53,223 nt of DNA from a virus (taxonomy: Duplodnaviria; Caudoviricetes). This document shows positions 37,695-47,051 of the stretch, in pieces. How positions within the stretch are numbered: the first letter of the stretch is position 1; each line of letters starts with the position of its first letter. Location: IMG/VR virus record IMGVR_UViG_3300027566_000346, positions 1-53,223 of that record. One strand, given 5' to 3'. The notes under the pieces are model-generated. The model was not told the origin of the DNA. It made no database searches and was given only the letters and a program-made list of their open reading frames with translations. Both the position numbers and the translations under genes were made by a program.

Positions 37695-38597
37695 CTAGGC
37701 TGCTGAGCGAAACCTCCAGGCCGCTGAGCCTGCAAGGTGTTTGCAAAGGTGCTCTCTGCAGTTTTTGAATTCTTCGCCAATAAAGCCGATTCGGTTTAAG
37801 TAGGTTCTCATCGCGAACTTTTCGTTTTCAACCTGTGGCTTTCTGGCACTGGCGCTCCTTTGGGTTAATGCTTGCTTGTTTATGGCTAGGGCTAAAACAA
37901 TATAGCTTCTGATTTTGCCAGCGTGCAGTTCGCTGTTGAAGCCTCTGAGTTCAACCGTTTTGCACCCGTTGAAAAAGCTATGTAAGTTCAGGAAATGGTA
38001 TCGGCTGTCGTGGTAGTGGTGGTTGCGGCTTTCACAGTAGCCTTCGTACCAAAGCTCCTCAATCCCTCGCATGTTTTGGGGCTTTCTAGCGTTCATCTTA
38101 CCCACCAGGGCTGCATCCATTTTCTTGCAAAACCTCATCCGCTCTGGCTCTATTTGCAGGGCTTTGTAGAAAAGGTCGTTCTTGCTGGCTATTATGTTTA
38201 TGAAGTTGCAAATGCTTTTGTGCGTGTGCGCCGCTCCGTCCAGGTGAATGTGAATCCCACAAGAGGGGTTGGTAAACGCTCCCGCTTTGCGAAGTTTCCT
38301 GATCAGCCCCTGCAGAGTTTCAATGTCCTCGCGGTAGGTAAGTATCGGGCTGACCAGCTCTACGCTGTAGGTGCTTTCGGCGGTTATCTTTCTGCCGTTC
38401 AGCTTTATTTCCCTGCGGATGCTTCCGTCGCTCATGAACTTCCAGGTGCGTCCGTCTGGGGTGTGCACCTTTTGGGTATTGTAGTAATCGTTGCAGTTTT
38501 CAAGCCTTCCGTTTAAGAACTCAGTCGCTACCTCAGCAGCCTGGCTTCTGGTTATTCCGGTGAACTCAATCTCGATTCCAAACTTCGCTGTAAACAT
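37695..38597 (-). CDS. Putative amidoligase (Amidoligase_2, COOH-NH2 ligase fold)
   Basis: FGIEIE, DGSI, ELVSPIL, SCGIHIH, RYH.LNL, TVELR. Confidence 0.92.
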   Translation of the reverse strand: MFTAKFGIEIEFTGITRSQAAEVATEFLNGRLENCNDYYNTQKVHTPDGRTWKFMSDGSIRREIKLNGRKITAESTYSVELVSPILTYREDIETLQGLIRKLRKAGAFTNPSCGIHIHLDGAAHTHKSICNFINIIASKNDLFYKALQIEPERMRFCKKMDAALVGKMNARKPQNMRGIEELWYEGYCESRNHHYHDSRYHFLNLHSFFNGCKTVELRGFNSELHAGKIRSYIVLALAINKQALTQRSASARKPQVENEKFAMRTYLNRIGFIGEEFKNCREHLCKHLAGSAAWRFRSAA

Positions 38598-38628
38598 GCT
38601 GTCTTGCTCCTTTCAGGTGTGTTTTTTC

Positions 38629-38666
38629 GTAGTACATATATCACTCTGAAAGGCCTATATAGCAAG
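38629..38666 (-). promoter_or_regulatory. CTTG-N14-AGAGTGAT promoter-like motif upstream of amidoligase
   Basis: CTTGCTA-tataggcctttc-AGAGTGATATATGTACTAC. Confidence 0.7.
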
Positions 38667-38680
38667 AGTTTATTGCTATT

Positions 38681-39907
38681 TTATACATCTTTATAAGATA
38701 TTTTTTTGCCATCTCTTAGAAGGAAAACTCCACTATCAGAACCAACCTGCTCAATATATCTCTTTACAATAACATCTGAGTATTTTTCATCCAGTTCAAT
38801 AGTGTAGCAGATACGGTTTGTCTGCTCACAGGCAATCAGCAGAGATCCGCTGCCGCCAAAGGGGTCAAGAACAATGCAGTTACTCATGCTGCTGTTTTGG
38901 ATTGGGTAAGCACAAAGAGCTACCGGCTTCATAGTCGGATGAAGTTCGTTCTTGGATGGCCTGTCAAAGTTCCAGATGGTGCTTTGCTTCCTGTCACCGT
39001 ACCAGTTATGTTTGCCATCCTTACGCCATCCAAAGAGGATCGGCTCATGCTTCCATTGGTAGGGGCTCCGTCCAAGAACCAGGCTTTGCTTCGCCCAGAT
39101 ACAGACGCCTGATAAATAGAAGCCAGCATCTTTAAATACCTTTCTAAAATTGTAGCCTTCCGTATCGGCATGAAACACATAGATGGATGCATCCTTTTCC
39201 ATGCTCTCGAACATATTTTTGAAAGCTTTAAGTAAAAAGTTGTAAAACTCCTCATCCTTCATATTGTCATTCTTGATGCTGCCGGCTTGAGCTGAGTAGT
39301 TAACATTATAGGGCGGGTCAGTAACCACTAGGTTGGCTTTTTGACCATCCATCAGCACCCTATATACTTCCGCATCTGTGCTGTCACCACAAACCAAACG
39401 GTGCCTGCCAAGCAGCCAAAGGTCACCGGGTTTAGTAATCGCCGGTTCGGCCAGTTCTTTTTCAACATCAAAGTCATCTTCCTTGATTTCTTTAGAGTGA
39501 ACATCATTAAACAGCTGATCAATCTCCGGAGGCTCAAAACCAGTAAAGCCAAGGTCATAGTCAAGTGACTGTAGATCCATAATCAGGTCTGCCAGCAGCT
39601 CTTTATTCCACTCGCCACTGATTTTGTTAAGAGCTATATTCAGAGCTTTTTCCTTGGTCTTATCAATATCAATAACCACGCAGTCAATCTCTGTATACCC
39701 TAGTGTCTTTAATACAGAAATTCTCTGGTGGCCACCAATTACGGTATAGTCCTTATTAATGATCACGGGATCGACGTATCCGAACTCGGTAATGCTATTC
39801 TTGATTTTTTCAAATTCGCTGTCCCCAGGCTTCAGCTTTTTTCTTGGGTTGTAACTTGCCGGGATTAGATTATCTATTGGCAGTTTCTTGAATTCCATCT
39901 TCTTCAC
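38681..39907 (-). CDS. ParB-N fused DNA methyltransferase (N6-A/N4-C)
   Basis: YNPRK, GGHQR; TDPPYN, HPTMKP, LDPFGGSGS. Confidence 0.93.
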   Translation of the reverse strand: MKKMEFKKLPIDNLIPASYNPRKKLKPGDSEFEKIKNSITEFGYVDPVIINKDYTVIGGHQRISVLKTLGYTEIDCVVIDIDKTKEKALNIALNKISGEWNKELLADLIMDLQSLDYDLGFTGFEPPEIDQLFNDVHSKEIKEDDFDVEKELAEPAITKPGDLWLLGRHRLVCGDSTDAEVYRVLMDGQKANLVVTDPPYNVNYSAQAGSIKNDNMKDEEFYNFLLKAFKNMFESMEKDASIYVFHADTEGYNFRKVFKDAGFYLSGVCIWAKQSLVLGRSPYQWKHEPILFGWRKDGKHNWYGDRKQSTIWNFDRPSKNELHPTMKPVALCAYPIQNSSMSNCIVLDPFGGSGSLLIACEQTNRICYTIELDEKYSDVIVKRYIEQVGSDSGVFLLRDGKKISYKDV

Positions 39908-40325
39908 TCCAAAATCTAGATTTTATATAACAGTCATGGCTGCAGTATTTTCTTTTTTTATTCCCGTAGCAACTGAACTCCTTCCCGCAGTGAGGGCAGC
40001 TGTATTTGTAGGTAGCGGCATCGTTTCTATTCCGCTCCTGGGGATTATCGTTCCACCACTTCCGGCGGCATTCATCAGAGCAGAACCGTCTAGCCCTTCC
40101 ACGGTCATTTTGCTTGATAGGTTTGCTACAGCAGGTGCAGAGAAGATGATTCTTTTTCTTTTCCTCTACATTGAGGGATATGACTATTGAATCCCCTTCA
40201 AGGCCATTACGTTTGCAATAACCTCTTACGGTATCTCTGGACATACCCAGCACAGCAGCGATTGCCTTGTAGCCAACACCCTTTATTCTTAATTCCTGTA
40301 TCTGCTGCTTTTCTATATCAGTCAC
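39870..40325 (-). CDS. HTH plus Zn-finger protein
   Basis: GYKAIA..LG.SRDTV..YC; C..C, FCSDECR, CPHCGK, YCSHDC. Confidence 0.75.
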   Translation of the reverse strand: MTDIEKQQIQELRIKGVGYKAIAAVLGMSRDTVRGYCKRNGLEGDSIVISLNVEEKKKNHLLCTCCSKPIKQNDRGRARRFCSDECRRKWWNDNPQERNRNDAATYKYSCPHCGKEFSCYGNKKRKYCSHDCYIKSRFWSEEDGIQETANR

Positions 40326-40555
40326 CAACCACACCCCCATCTGCTTTAACCGCATTAAAAAAACGCCTAAAGCAATGGGTTTAACACTGCTTTCAAGCGT
40401 TTTGAGCTTGCTATATTAATTTCCAGGAAATCTTTGCAAAACCTTATACCATAAAGGTTTGTTTAGGTTTTTTCATTCCTTACTTTTTCGCAATTTAGAA
40501 ATAGCCATAACCCCTAGTGTCTACTGGTATCCTTATATATTGCTCAACCCTCAGG

Positions 40556-40652
40556 AGGACCCCCCTTAATTTATTCTGCGAAATTTCACACGAAGGGTCG
40601 CTGCGGTCCCCCACCCCATGGTTCCGGAGATTCGCATACCCCCTGGGGGGAA
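40556..40652. other. Candidate cos/packaging region
   Basis: GC-rich noncoding segment bounded by G/C runs just downstream of HNH, the usual cos position in HNH/P27-TerS phages; cut site not determined. Confidence 0.4.
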
Positions 40653-40672
40653 CGCTTCTACCTTTTCTTGCA

Positions 40673-41026
40673 TCAATATTTATATTCCGGATGCTGGTCC
40701 TCTGTCCTCGTCTTTCGGTCATGACATTTCTTACAGAGTGGCTGCCAGTTGCTTTCATCCCAGAATAAAGTTTGATCTCCTCTGTGAGGTATAATATGAT
40801 CCACTACCTCAGCAGCAGTTAGCTTCCCTTCTCTTTCACAGTGCCTGCATAGAGGATTGTATTTTAAATATAGCTTGCTGGCTCTCCTCCACCGACCGTC
40901 ATAGCCACGTTCTCTGGCAGTAGGTCTTTCATTGCTGTAAAGTCTTATATGAAACTCGCAGTATTTATCCTCAGTTAATAATGGACATCCCCGATGCTGG
41001 CAGGGTTTCTTTGGTTTCATGGGCAT
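40673..41026 (-). CDS. HNH endonuclease (packaging-associated)
   Basis: PLC..C, VDHIIPHRGD..LFWD.SNWQPLCK.CH. Confidence 0.93.
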   Translation of the reverse strand: MPMKPKKPCQHRGCPLLTEDKYCEFHIRLYSNERPTARERGYDGRWRRASKLYLKYNPLCRHCEREGKLTAAEVVDHIIPHRGDQTLFWDESNWQPLCKKCHDRKTRTEDQHPEYKY

Positions 41027-41131
41027 TGGCATCAACTCCGTGATAATTAATTTAGGCATAAGAAAACCCCAAGAGATCAAACTCTTGAGGTTCTGATGCA
41101 TATCTGCAGTTTAATAATATTACAGATCGAG

Positions 41132-41181
41132 TATCAATTACTATCAACTTTTATCAACTGTTTTAAATTTATTTTTTGTAA
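41132..41181 (-). repeat. 50-bp repeat with triple TTGATA boxes, copy 1 (upstream of HNH)
   Basis: 48/50 identical to 41975..42024. Confidence 0.92.
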
Positions 41182-41203
41182 ACAAATACTTACCCTCGCT
41201 TCA

Positions 41204-41752
41204 CTAAGAAAATAATCCAACCTTTCCGTAAGTTTTGTTAACATTTTTCACTGCCATATTAATTTTACCTTCATTTTCAAGTAATTTGCATAGTCCGGGC
41301 CAGGCCTTTCTAGGAGCGATGACATTTAGTATCATCCTTTCGTTGCCGTTTATTCCGTAACCTTTGAAGGTGGTTACGGAATAACCTCTTTCTCTTAGTT
41401 CATCTGCCAGAACAACCCCATCATCCATATGCTTGTTAATGGTTATTTCTATTATTCCCATAGCTACCTTCTCTTCAATCATATCACCTAACCAAACTCC
41501 AAATAATCTTCCGCAGGCGAAAGCCATTATCACGGCAGGTCCCGATGAATTAGCAATTAGTTTTAAGGCATAAGAGGCCAACAGTGCATCCAAAAAGGTT
41601 GTCAAATATACTGGGGCCATAACTTTTTTGGAAAGATAAACGGATTTAAGATTGCTAATCGCTGCACCAACGGTGTTAAGGAAAAATATCATAAAGATCC
41701 CGAATATTAGTGACTGATGTAGTGTGATCCACGAAAAAATCTGATGTAACAA
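41204..41752 (-). CDS. DUF2179/DUF5698-like membrane protein (moron)
   Basis: TM bundle, G...G.WLG..IEEK.A.G, LRERGYSVT...GYG..G. Confidence 0.75.
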   Translation of the reverse strand: MLHQIFSWITLHQSLIFGIFMIFFLNTVGAAISNLKSVYLSKKVMAPVYLTTFLDALLASYALKLIANSSGPAVIMAFACGRLFGVWLGDMIEEKVAMGIIEITINKHMDDGVVLADELRERGYSVTTFKGYGINGNERMILNVIAPRKAWPGLCKLLENEGKINMAVKNVNKTYGKVGLFS

Positions 41753-41974
41753 AAATAATGCCCCTTTATAAAGTAGAAATTTGACTCAGTGCAATTTTAG
41801 AGACATTAACTAAGATATTCATGAAGCTGATAAATATTACTTTGTTTTTAGTAGATTTGGATATTTTTTTAAGCCTGCATTTGGGGCCATATTAAACAAG
41901 CCATAAAAAAACCTCGGGAAATATGTTCTCCCGAGGTTAATCATATTGGCATCTTAATCATATAAAACCTTGAC

Positions 41975-42024
41975 TATCAATTACTATCAACTTTTATCAA
42001 CGGTTTTATATTTATTTTTTGTAA
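41975..42024 (-). repeat. 50-bp repeat, copy 2 (3' end of activator gene)
   Basis: 48/50 identical to 41132..41181. Confidence 0.92.
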
Positions 42025-42405
42025 GGCCTTTTTATGCAACGAATGAATCCATTGAAAAGTAAAACCCATAGCAGTAGCAATTTCTACCCAGGTCTTGAAG
42101 TTTAAATATCTCAGTTCTAATAGTAATTGACTATCGGCATCATTTACATTTCTTATTATTGTGGTTATTTCTATTTTTAGATCCACCAGTCTGTCAATGT
42201 CTGCGTCAATTTCATTCTCATAATCTATAATCTTTACAAGTATATTCTCCTTCGGGCTGCGTTGTTTGGTGCCATCAACCCGATCAGGCGAATAGCTGGC
42301 GGTTATCTTGGCAGCCAGGTCTCTTAGGGAACTCACCTGATCTAATTTACTGTTTATTCTCTGATCCAACCTGAAGGCCTGGGATAAATATTCTTTAGCG
42401 TTCAT
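41977..42405 (-). CDS. Late transcriptional activator, RinA/ArpU/DUF1492-like
   Basis: AKEYLSQA..LD.RI.SKL, LLELRYL....W.EIA..M.......H.KAL. Confidence 0.82.
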   Translation of the reverse strand: MNAKEYLSQAFRLDQRINSKLDQVSSLRDLAAKITASYSPDRVDGTKQRSPKENILVKIIDYENEIDADIDRLVDLKIEITTIIRNVNDADSQLLLELRYLNFKTWVEIATAMGFTFQWIHSLHKKALQKINIKPLIKVDSN

Positions 42406-43756
42406 TGGTTACACCTCCAATCCTAGCTCTTACTGCATCAATTAGTGCTGCTTGTCCTGTTTCCTTATTGGCAAGTGCCAACATGACCTGCTCATCAATC
42501 GTACCTTTGGCAATAATATGATGAATAACAACCGTATCTTTCTGACCCTGCCGCCAGAGCCGGGCATTGGTCTGCTGGTAGAGTTCAAGGCTCCAGGTCA
42601 GCCCGAACCATACCAGAGTGGAACCGCCCGCCTGCAGATTAAGTCCATGCCCGGCGGATGCCGGGTGAATCACTGCCAGCTGGATTTCGCCGTCATTCCA
42701 TCTTCTGATAGAAGCAGCGCTGTCCAGCTTTTCTGCAGGAAAGCGATGAAGTATCCGATCCAGGTCATGTTTGAACCAGTAAGCCACGAGAACCGGCTTA
42801 CCGTTTGCTGCTTCGATTACATCCTCAAGGGCATCCAACTTGCGGTCGTGTATCTTTACCACAGCACCGCGCTCATCATAGACTGCGCCGTTTGCCATCT
42901 GCAAAAGCTTGCCCGACAGCGCTGCGGCATTAACAGCGTCAATCTCCCGGCCTTTAAGAGACAGTACCAGCTCGCGCTTCATTGTCTGGTAGCAATCCAT
43001 ATCCGTTTCTGATAGCTTGACGGAGATCTCATTCATAACCAGTTCCGGCAATTTCAGATAGTCGGTGTTCTTCATGCTTATGGTAATATCAGAGATCAGT
43101 TTATAGATGGCTTCCTCCGCACCAGGCCGAGGCTTATATGAAAACACCATCTGCTGGTTGCGCTTGTCCGGCAGAAAATAGCTGCTTCGGAAATGGGTAA
43201 TGTACCGCCCAAGCCGTTGCCCCATGTCAAGGATTCCGATTTCAGCCCATAAATCCATCAGACCATTGGATGAAGGCGTTCCAGTAAGACCGACCATCCT
43301 TCTTATGCCGGGGCGAACCTTGCGCAGAGCTTTGAAGCGTTTTGAACTGTAAGCCTTGAAAGAACTCAGTTCGTCGATAACAACCATGTCATAATCAAAG
43401 GTAAGCCCGCTCTTGTTCATCAGCCAGTCCACGTTTTCCCGATTGATGACGTAGACCTGCGCTCTTTGCAGAAGCGCAGCTTTCCGCTGGGCTTCGCTTC
43501 CGATTGCGATGGAGCATGTAAGCCCATTCAGGTGATCCCATTTTTCAATTTCGGCAGGCCATGTGTCCCTTGCTACTCGCAGCGGAGCGATGACCAGAAC
43601 CTTCCGAATCTCGAAACTGTCCAGTGTAAGATCGAAGATAGAGGTTAGCGTGATGACGCTCTTACCGAGACCCATCTCTAGAAAAACAGCTGCGACAGGA
43701 TGCTCAAGTATGAAGGTTGTGGCAAACGTCTGGTATTCATGAGGATTGTATTTCAC
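42395..43756 (-). CDS. SNF2-related helicase
   Basis: MGLGKS, VIDELS, GLTGTP, GHGLNLQ, QTNARL.RQGQ. Confidence 0.93.
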   Translation of the reverse strand: MKYNPHEYQTFATTFILEHPVAAVFLEMGLGKSVITLTSIFDLTLDSFEIRKVLVIAPLRVARDTWPAEIEKWDHLNGLTCSIAIGSEAQRKAALLQRAQVYVINRENVDWLMNKSGLTFDYDMVVIDELSSFKAYSSKRFKALRKVRPGIRRMVGLTGTPSSNGLMDLWAEIGILDMGQRLGRYITHFRSSYFLPDKRNQQMVFSYKPRPGAEEAIYKLISDITISMKNTDYLKLPELVMNEISVKLSETDMDCYQTMKRELVLSLKGREIDAVNAAALSGKLLQMANGAVYDERGAVVKIHDRKLDALEDVIEAANGKPVLVAYWFKHDLDRILHRFPAEKLDSAASIRRWNDGEIQLAVIHPASAGHGLNLQAGGSTLVWFGLTWSLELYQQTNARLWRQGQKDTVVIHHIIAKGTIDEQVMLALANKETGQAALIDAVRARIGGVTNER

Positions 43757-44018
43757 CGAGTATCCCTCCAATCTGTTCTGTGCTGTCCATCGTATAGACC
43801 TTTAAGCCAAGCTTCTCAAGTTGCCTTTTCCGTCTTGCCTGTAAAGGACGCATCGTTTTACCCGGCGCTTTCAGTTCAATGAAGGCTATTTTGCTTTCTG
43901 GCAGGAGTACCAGTCTGTCCGGCACACCGTCAAAGCCAGGCGATAAGAACTTAAGCGCGAGACCTCCGGCGGAGCGGACTGCCGCCACAAGTTTTTGTTC
44001 TATCTGTTTTTCTCTCAT
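43737..44018 (-). CDS. VRR-NUC domain nuclease
   Basis: EKQIE, GVPDRLVL, FIELKAPG..RPLQ. Confidence 0.92.
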   Translation of the reverse strand: MREKQIEQKLVAAVRSAGGLALKFLSPGFDGVPDRLVLLPESKIAFIELKAPGKTMRPLQARRKRQLEKLGLKVYTMDSTEQIGGILGEIQSS

Positions 44019-44038
44019 AAATTCCTCCGACACGTCCT

Positions 44039-44302
44039 TGTTACCAGGAATCAAAAAATCTCTATACGCGCGCATTTGCGTGGTTGCGTTTCATTTATCT
44101 AATAAATTCCGTATAATTATTTTTATTGATATTTCTCGTAACACTTGTAACAAAGAATTACATTTCATTGCTCTACAAGGGGCTACCGCCTGTTACAACT
44201 GGGTGATACAAGGAGCTATTTCTGTCACACTGTAACAGGCGATGGTTGTTACCAACTTAAGTAGTGATACCAGTTTTTTCGCTGGTAACGCCGTCTGTAA
44301 CA
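44039..44302. repeat. Cluster of TGTTAC/GTAACA hexamers with AT-rich core; candidate replication origin
   Basis: Seven exact and at least four 1-mismatch copies at the primase 3' end. Confidence 0.6.
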
Positions 44303-46632
44303 TAAAGTCTCTGCTGCCCGTAAAGTGGAATGCGCTCCGCTTTGCCGAGTCCACTCCAGCCGCTTAGCCGTGCCATGATTGCGGATATCTCATTGCTGTC
44401 CATGCGCTTGAAGTTTGAGCGGTCTTTACCGAAGCACTCGCACCAGATTTCCATGTTGGAGACTGAGGTGCGCTTAACCTTGCCGATACGCTTGCTCTCG
44501 CCAAACTCCGTACCATCCAAATACGCGCGCCGTTCAAATATGTCCATGCTATCCCATGCTTCCGGCAGAAGTATGTCCAGATAATCGCGTACCAAGCCCT
44601 CACGCTCATCTGATTCCATCGCTTCCCGCTGTTCGTCTTTGGCTAGTTGCTCCATCCCCACGTCAAGATAGAGTTTTTCCCCGGCTTTTACGTAGGTGAG
44701 TGTCTCCGCCCATATCTGTAGGACTTCCTCTTGCGTGAGTTGCCACGACTGTTTATTACCGCCGACCGGCGTTTTCACCGGCCAGAATCTGCGATTTCCA
44801 GTGGTGTCGCGCAGATAACCTTTTTCCGCATTGGTGGTACCGACGAACACGCACTGGCGTAAATGTGGTGTAGCGCGTCGTCCAAAGCTGGCGCGGTAGA
44901 TATCGTTCTGCCGCGAAAGGAAGCTGCGCAGGGTCTCCACCTCGGCTTTTTTTAGACCAGCCAGCTCGCCTATCTCCAGAAGCCAGTATCCTTGCAGTTT
45001 TTCGGCAGCGGTCTTGTCTTTGGTATCCGAAAGGCTCAGGCTGTCTGAAAACCACTCGCCGCCGAGTTTAGAAATCAGGGTGCTTTTGCCTACGCCCTGC
45101 GGGCCGTTCAGTACCAGCATGGAGTCGAACTTGATGCCAGGTGTTAACACCCGGGTGATTGCCGCACACAGGGTTTTTCGCGTGACTGAGCGCACATAGG
45201 CATTGTCAGCGGCGCCGAGGTAGTTAATTAGTAGGGTATCCACTCGGGGAACCTTATCCCATTCCGGCAAGGAACTAATAAACTCACGGATGGGATGGTA
45301 GGATCGGTCATCGGCAACCTTCGTTACCGCGATATCGTAGTTTCTCGCTGAAAAAGCACCATAGTGCGTGTCGATGTAGCTGATAAGCTGGGCGTCGTCT
45401 GCGTCCCGCCAGAACCTTGCCGGATGCACCCATGGGACATCTCCCTTGATTTCCATGCCATCACTAAGTTGGTTAAAAACAATGCTTCTCAATTCGATGT
45501 CGTTCACCAGAATTAACGTAAGGTTGCGAAGGTTGTTCTTCAGCGCGCCTGTTTTCTCCAGGTCAAGCTGGTTCTGCCAGTCCTCATTCGAAAACTCGCT
45601 ATCCGCCTGGGTCTTTCGTTCCTCGGCAAACTGCTCCTTGACCCGCACATCCTTTACCGCAAGTTCTATCATCGCCTTGAAAGATGGTAGCTTGCCGGGT
45701 GGCGTATCCAATACGGTCTTGTCATCTTGTTCGCGGAATAGATGAATCCGTACGAGGTCAAATGCGTTGAGCAGCCTGCCACAGGCAGGATCGGTAGCGT
45801 GATGGCTGTACGCAAATTTGCCGTCATAGAGCACCAACCCGGCGGATGAGTCAGCGGGGATATAGTCGTAGCGACCATTTATTGCGCTGGGTTCGTAGAT
45901 GTCGGATAGAAAAGCTTCGATTGCATCCTCAATTGAGTACGCCCTGCAGAACGCGCCGACCGCGCCTTCCTTTGCGAGCGGATCTGCCTGCTGGGTGATC
46001 TGCCGCCGAACCACCTCCGACTGACGCGAGGATACAGGCCAAATAGAAGTATCCCGCCAGTCAGCGTATTTCCCAAGATACAAATCGGGGTTGAGCATTT
46101 CGCCGTCTTTTTTTTGAAAAACAAACTCACCGGCAGACGGCGTAGACGGCCAATACATCAGCCGTGATGGCTCATAGGTAGTGTCATCGAATAAATCGAG
46201 GCCGATATCCTTGGCCACCATTCGGCCAAGGGCGGGGTACTCGTCCTCACTGACCTCGCGGGACAGCGGGATGACAAGTCGCAGACGCGGCGCTTCCGGA
46301 GTGTGTTTGTGGGTAGAGTAAACGCAGCACTTGAAATCGTGGAGCATGATAATTTCATCCCATATTCCAGGCGTGGCATAGTCCATATCCAGTGTTAGCA
46401 TGGAGCGGCAAAGAACATTGCCGTTTCTGCGTTTGCCCTCGCGCAGGGCTCCGCCTACGAAGCCGCCCACATCCTTGATGGTATCCTGCTGTGCGCGGCT
46501 CATCTTACGGAATTCCAACACCGTTTCAGTGGTACGGATCGTCGCACTGACACGGGTGAGGAAGTCCTCCCAGGATATTTCTTTGTTTTTCCATTTTTTA
46601 TCCATGCGGCTGTTGCCGACAGCGATTTTCAT
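44257..46632 (-). CDS. Primase-helicase, VapE/virulence-associated E family
   Basis: LDMD, STHKH primase-like motifs; GPQGVGKST Walker A; D.TGNRRFWPV. Confidence 0.92.
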   Translation of the reverse strand: MKIAVGNSRMDKKWKNKEISWEDFLTRVSATIRTTETVLEFRKMSRAQQDTIKDVGGFVGGALREGKRRNGNVLCRSMLTLDMDYATPGIWDEIIMLHDFKCCVYSTHKHTPEAPRLRLVIPLSREVSEDEYPALGRMVAKDIGLDLFDDTTYEPSRLMYWPSTPSAGEFVFQKKDGEMLNPDLYLGKYADWRDTSIWPVSSRQSEVVRRQITQQADPLAKEGAVGAFCRAYSIEDAIEAFLSDIYEPSAINGRYDYIPADSSAGLVLYDGKFAYSHHATDPACGRLLNAFDLVRIHLFREQDDKTVLDTPPGKLPSFKAMIELAVKDVRVKEQFAEERKTQADSEFSNEDWQNQLDLEKTGALKNNLRNLTLILVNDIELRSIVFNQLSDGMEIKGDVPWVHPARFWRDADDAQLISYIDTHYGAFSARNYDIAVTKVADDRSYHPIREFISSLPEWDKVPRVDTLLINYLGAADNAYVRSVTRKTLCAAITRVLTPGIKFDSMLVLNGPQGVGKSTLISKLGGEWFSDSLSLSDTKDKTAAEKLQGYWLLEIGELAGLKKAEVETLRSFLSRQNDIYRASFGRRATPHLRQCVFVGTTNAEKGYLRDTTGNRRFWPVKTPVGGNKQSWQLTQEEVLQIWAETLTYVKAGEKLYLDVGMEQLAKDEQREAMESDEREGLVRDYLDILLPEAWDSMDIFERRAYLDGTEFGESKRIGKVKRTSVSNMEIWCECFGKDRSNFKRMDSNEISAIMARLSGWSGLGKAERIPLYGQQRLYVTDGVTSEKTGITT

Positions 46633-47051
46633 AGGTCATGCACCTCCTCGCAGCTTTCCGTGAAATACCTGACGGGTATGTTCGTTTTTCTCGCCCCCGC
46701 GATTTCCGCGCTCATCCCGCCGGAAACACGCCTGCCAAACACCCAGAGTTCATCACATTTGCCGAGCCAGACCATACCAAAGCCCAGACCTAGTTCCCGT
46801 TCTCGGGGATCAAGGTCGTCTAGAACCTGTGGATAGAGCAGGTGGGGCGCGAAAGGGATCGCTCCTATATCCACAGCAAATTTCAGGTACCGCCTGGCAT
46901 TCTCGAGATTGCGCCGGGTATCTCCGGCAAAGGGTGAGCAGATGAACACACAGGGTTTGAAATCACTGGCTTTTTCTTCTTTCGCTATATTGACCATTGA
47001 TTCAGCGAAGGTGGGGTTCGGGTAGCCCTCGGAGTTGTATTCGGCCATCAC
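46629..47051 (-). CDS. DUF4406-like (nucleoside deoxyribosyltransferase-fold) phage protein
   Basis: FICSPFAGD, APHLLYPQ, CDELWVFG..S.GM..EI. Confidence 0.8.
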   Translation of the reverse strand: MMAEYNSEGYPNPTFAESMVNIAKEEKASDFKPCVFICSPFAGDTRRNLENARRYLKFAVDIGAIPFAPHLLYPQVLDDLDPRERELGLGFGMVWLGKCDELWVFGRRVSGGMSAEIAGARKTNIPVRYFTESCEEVHDL

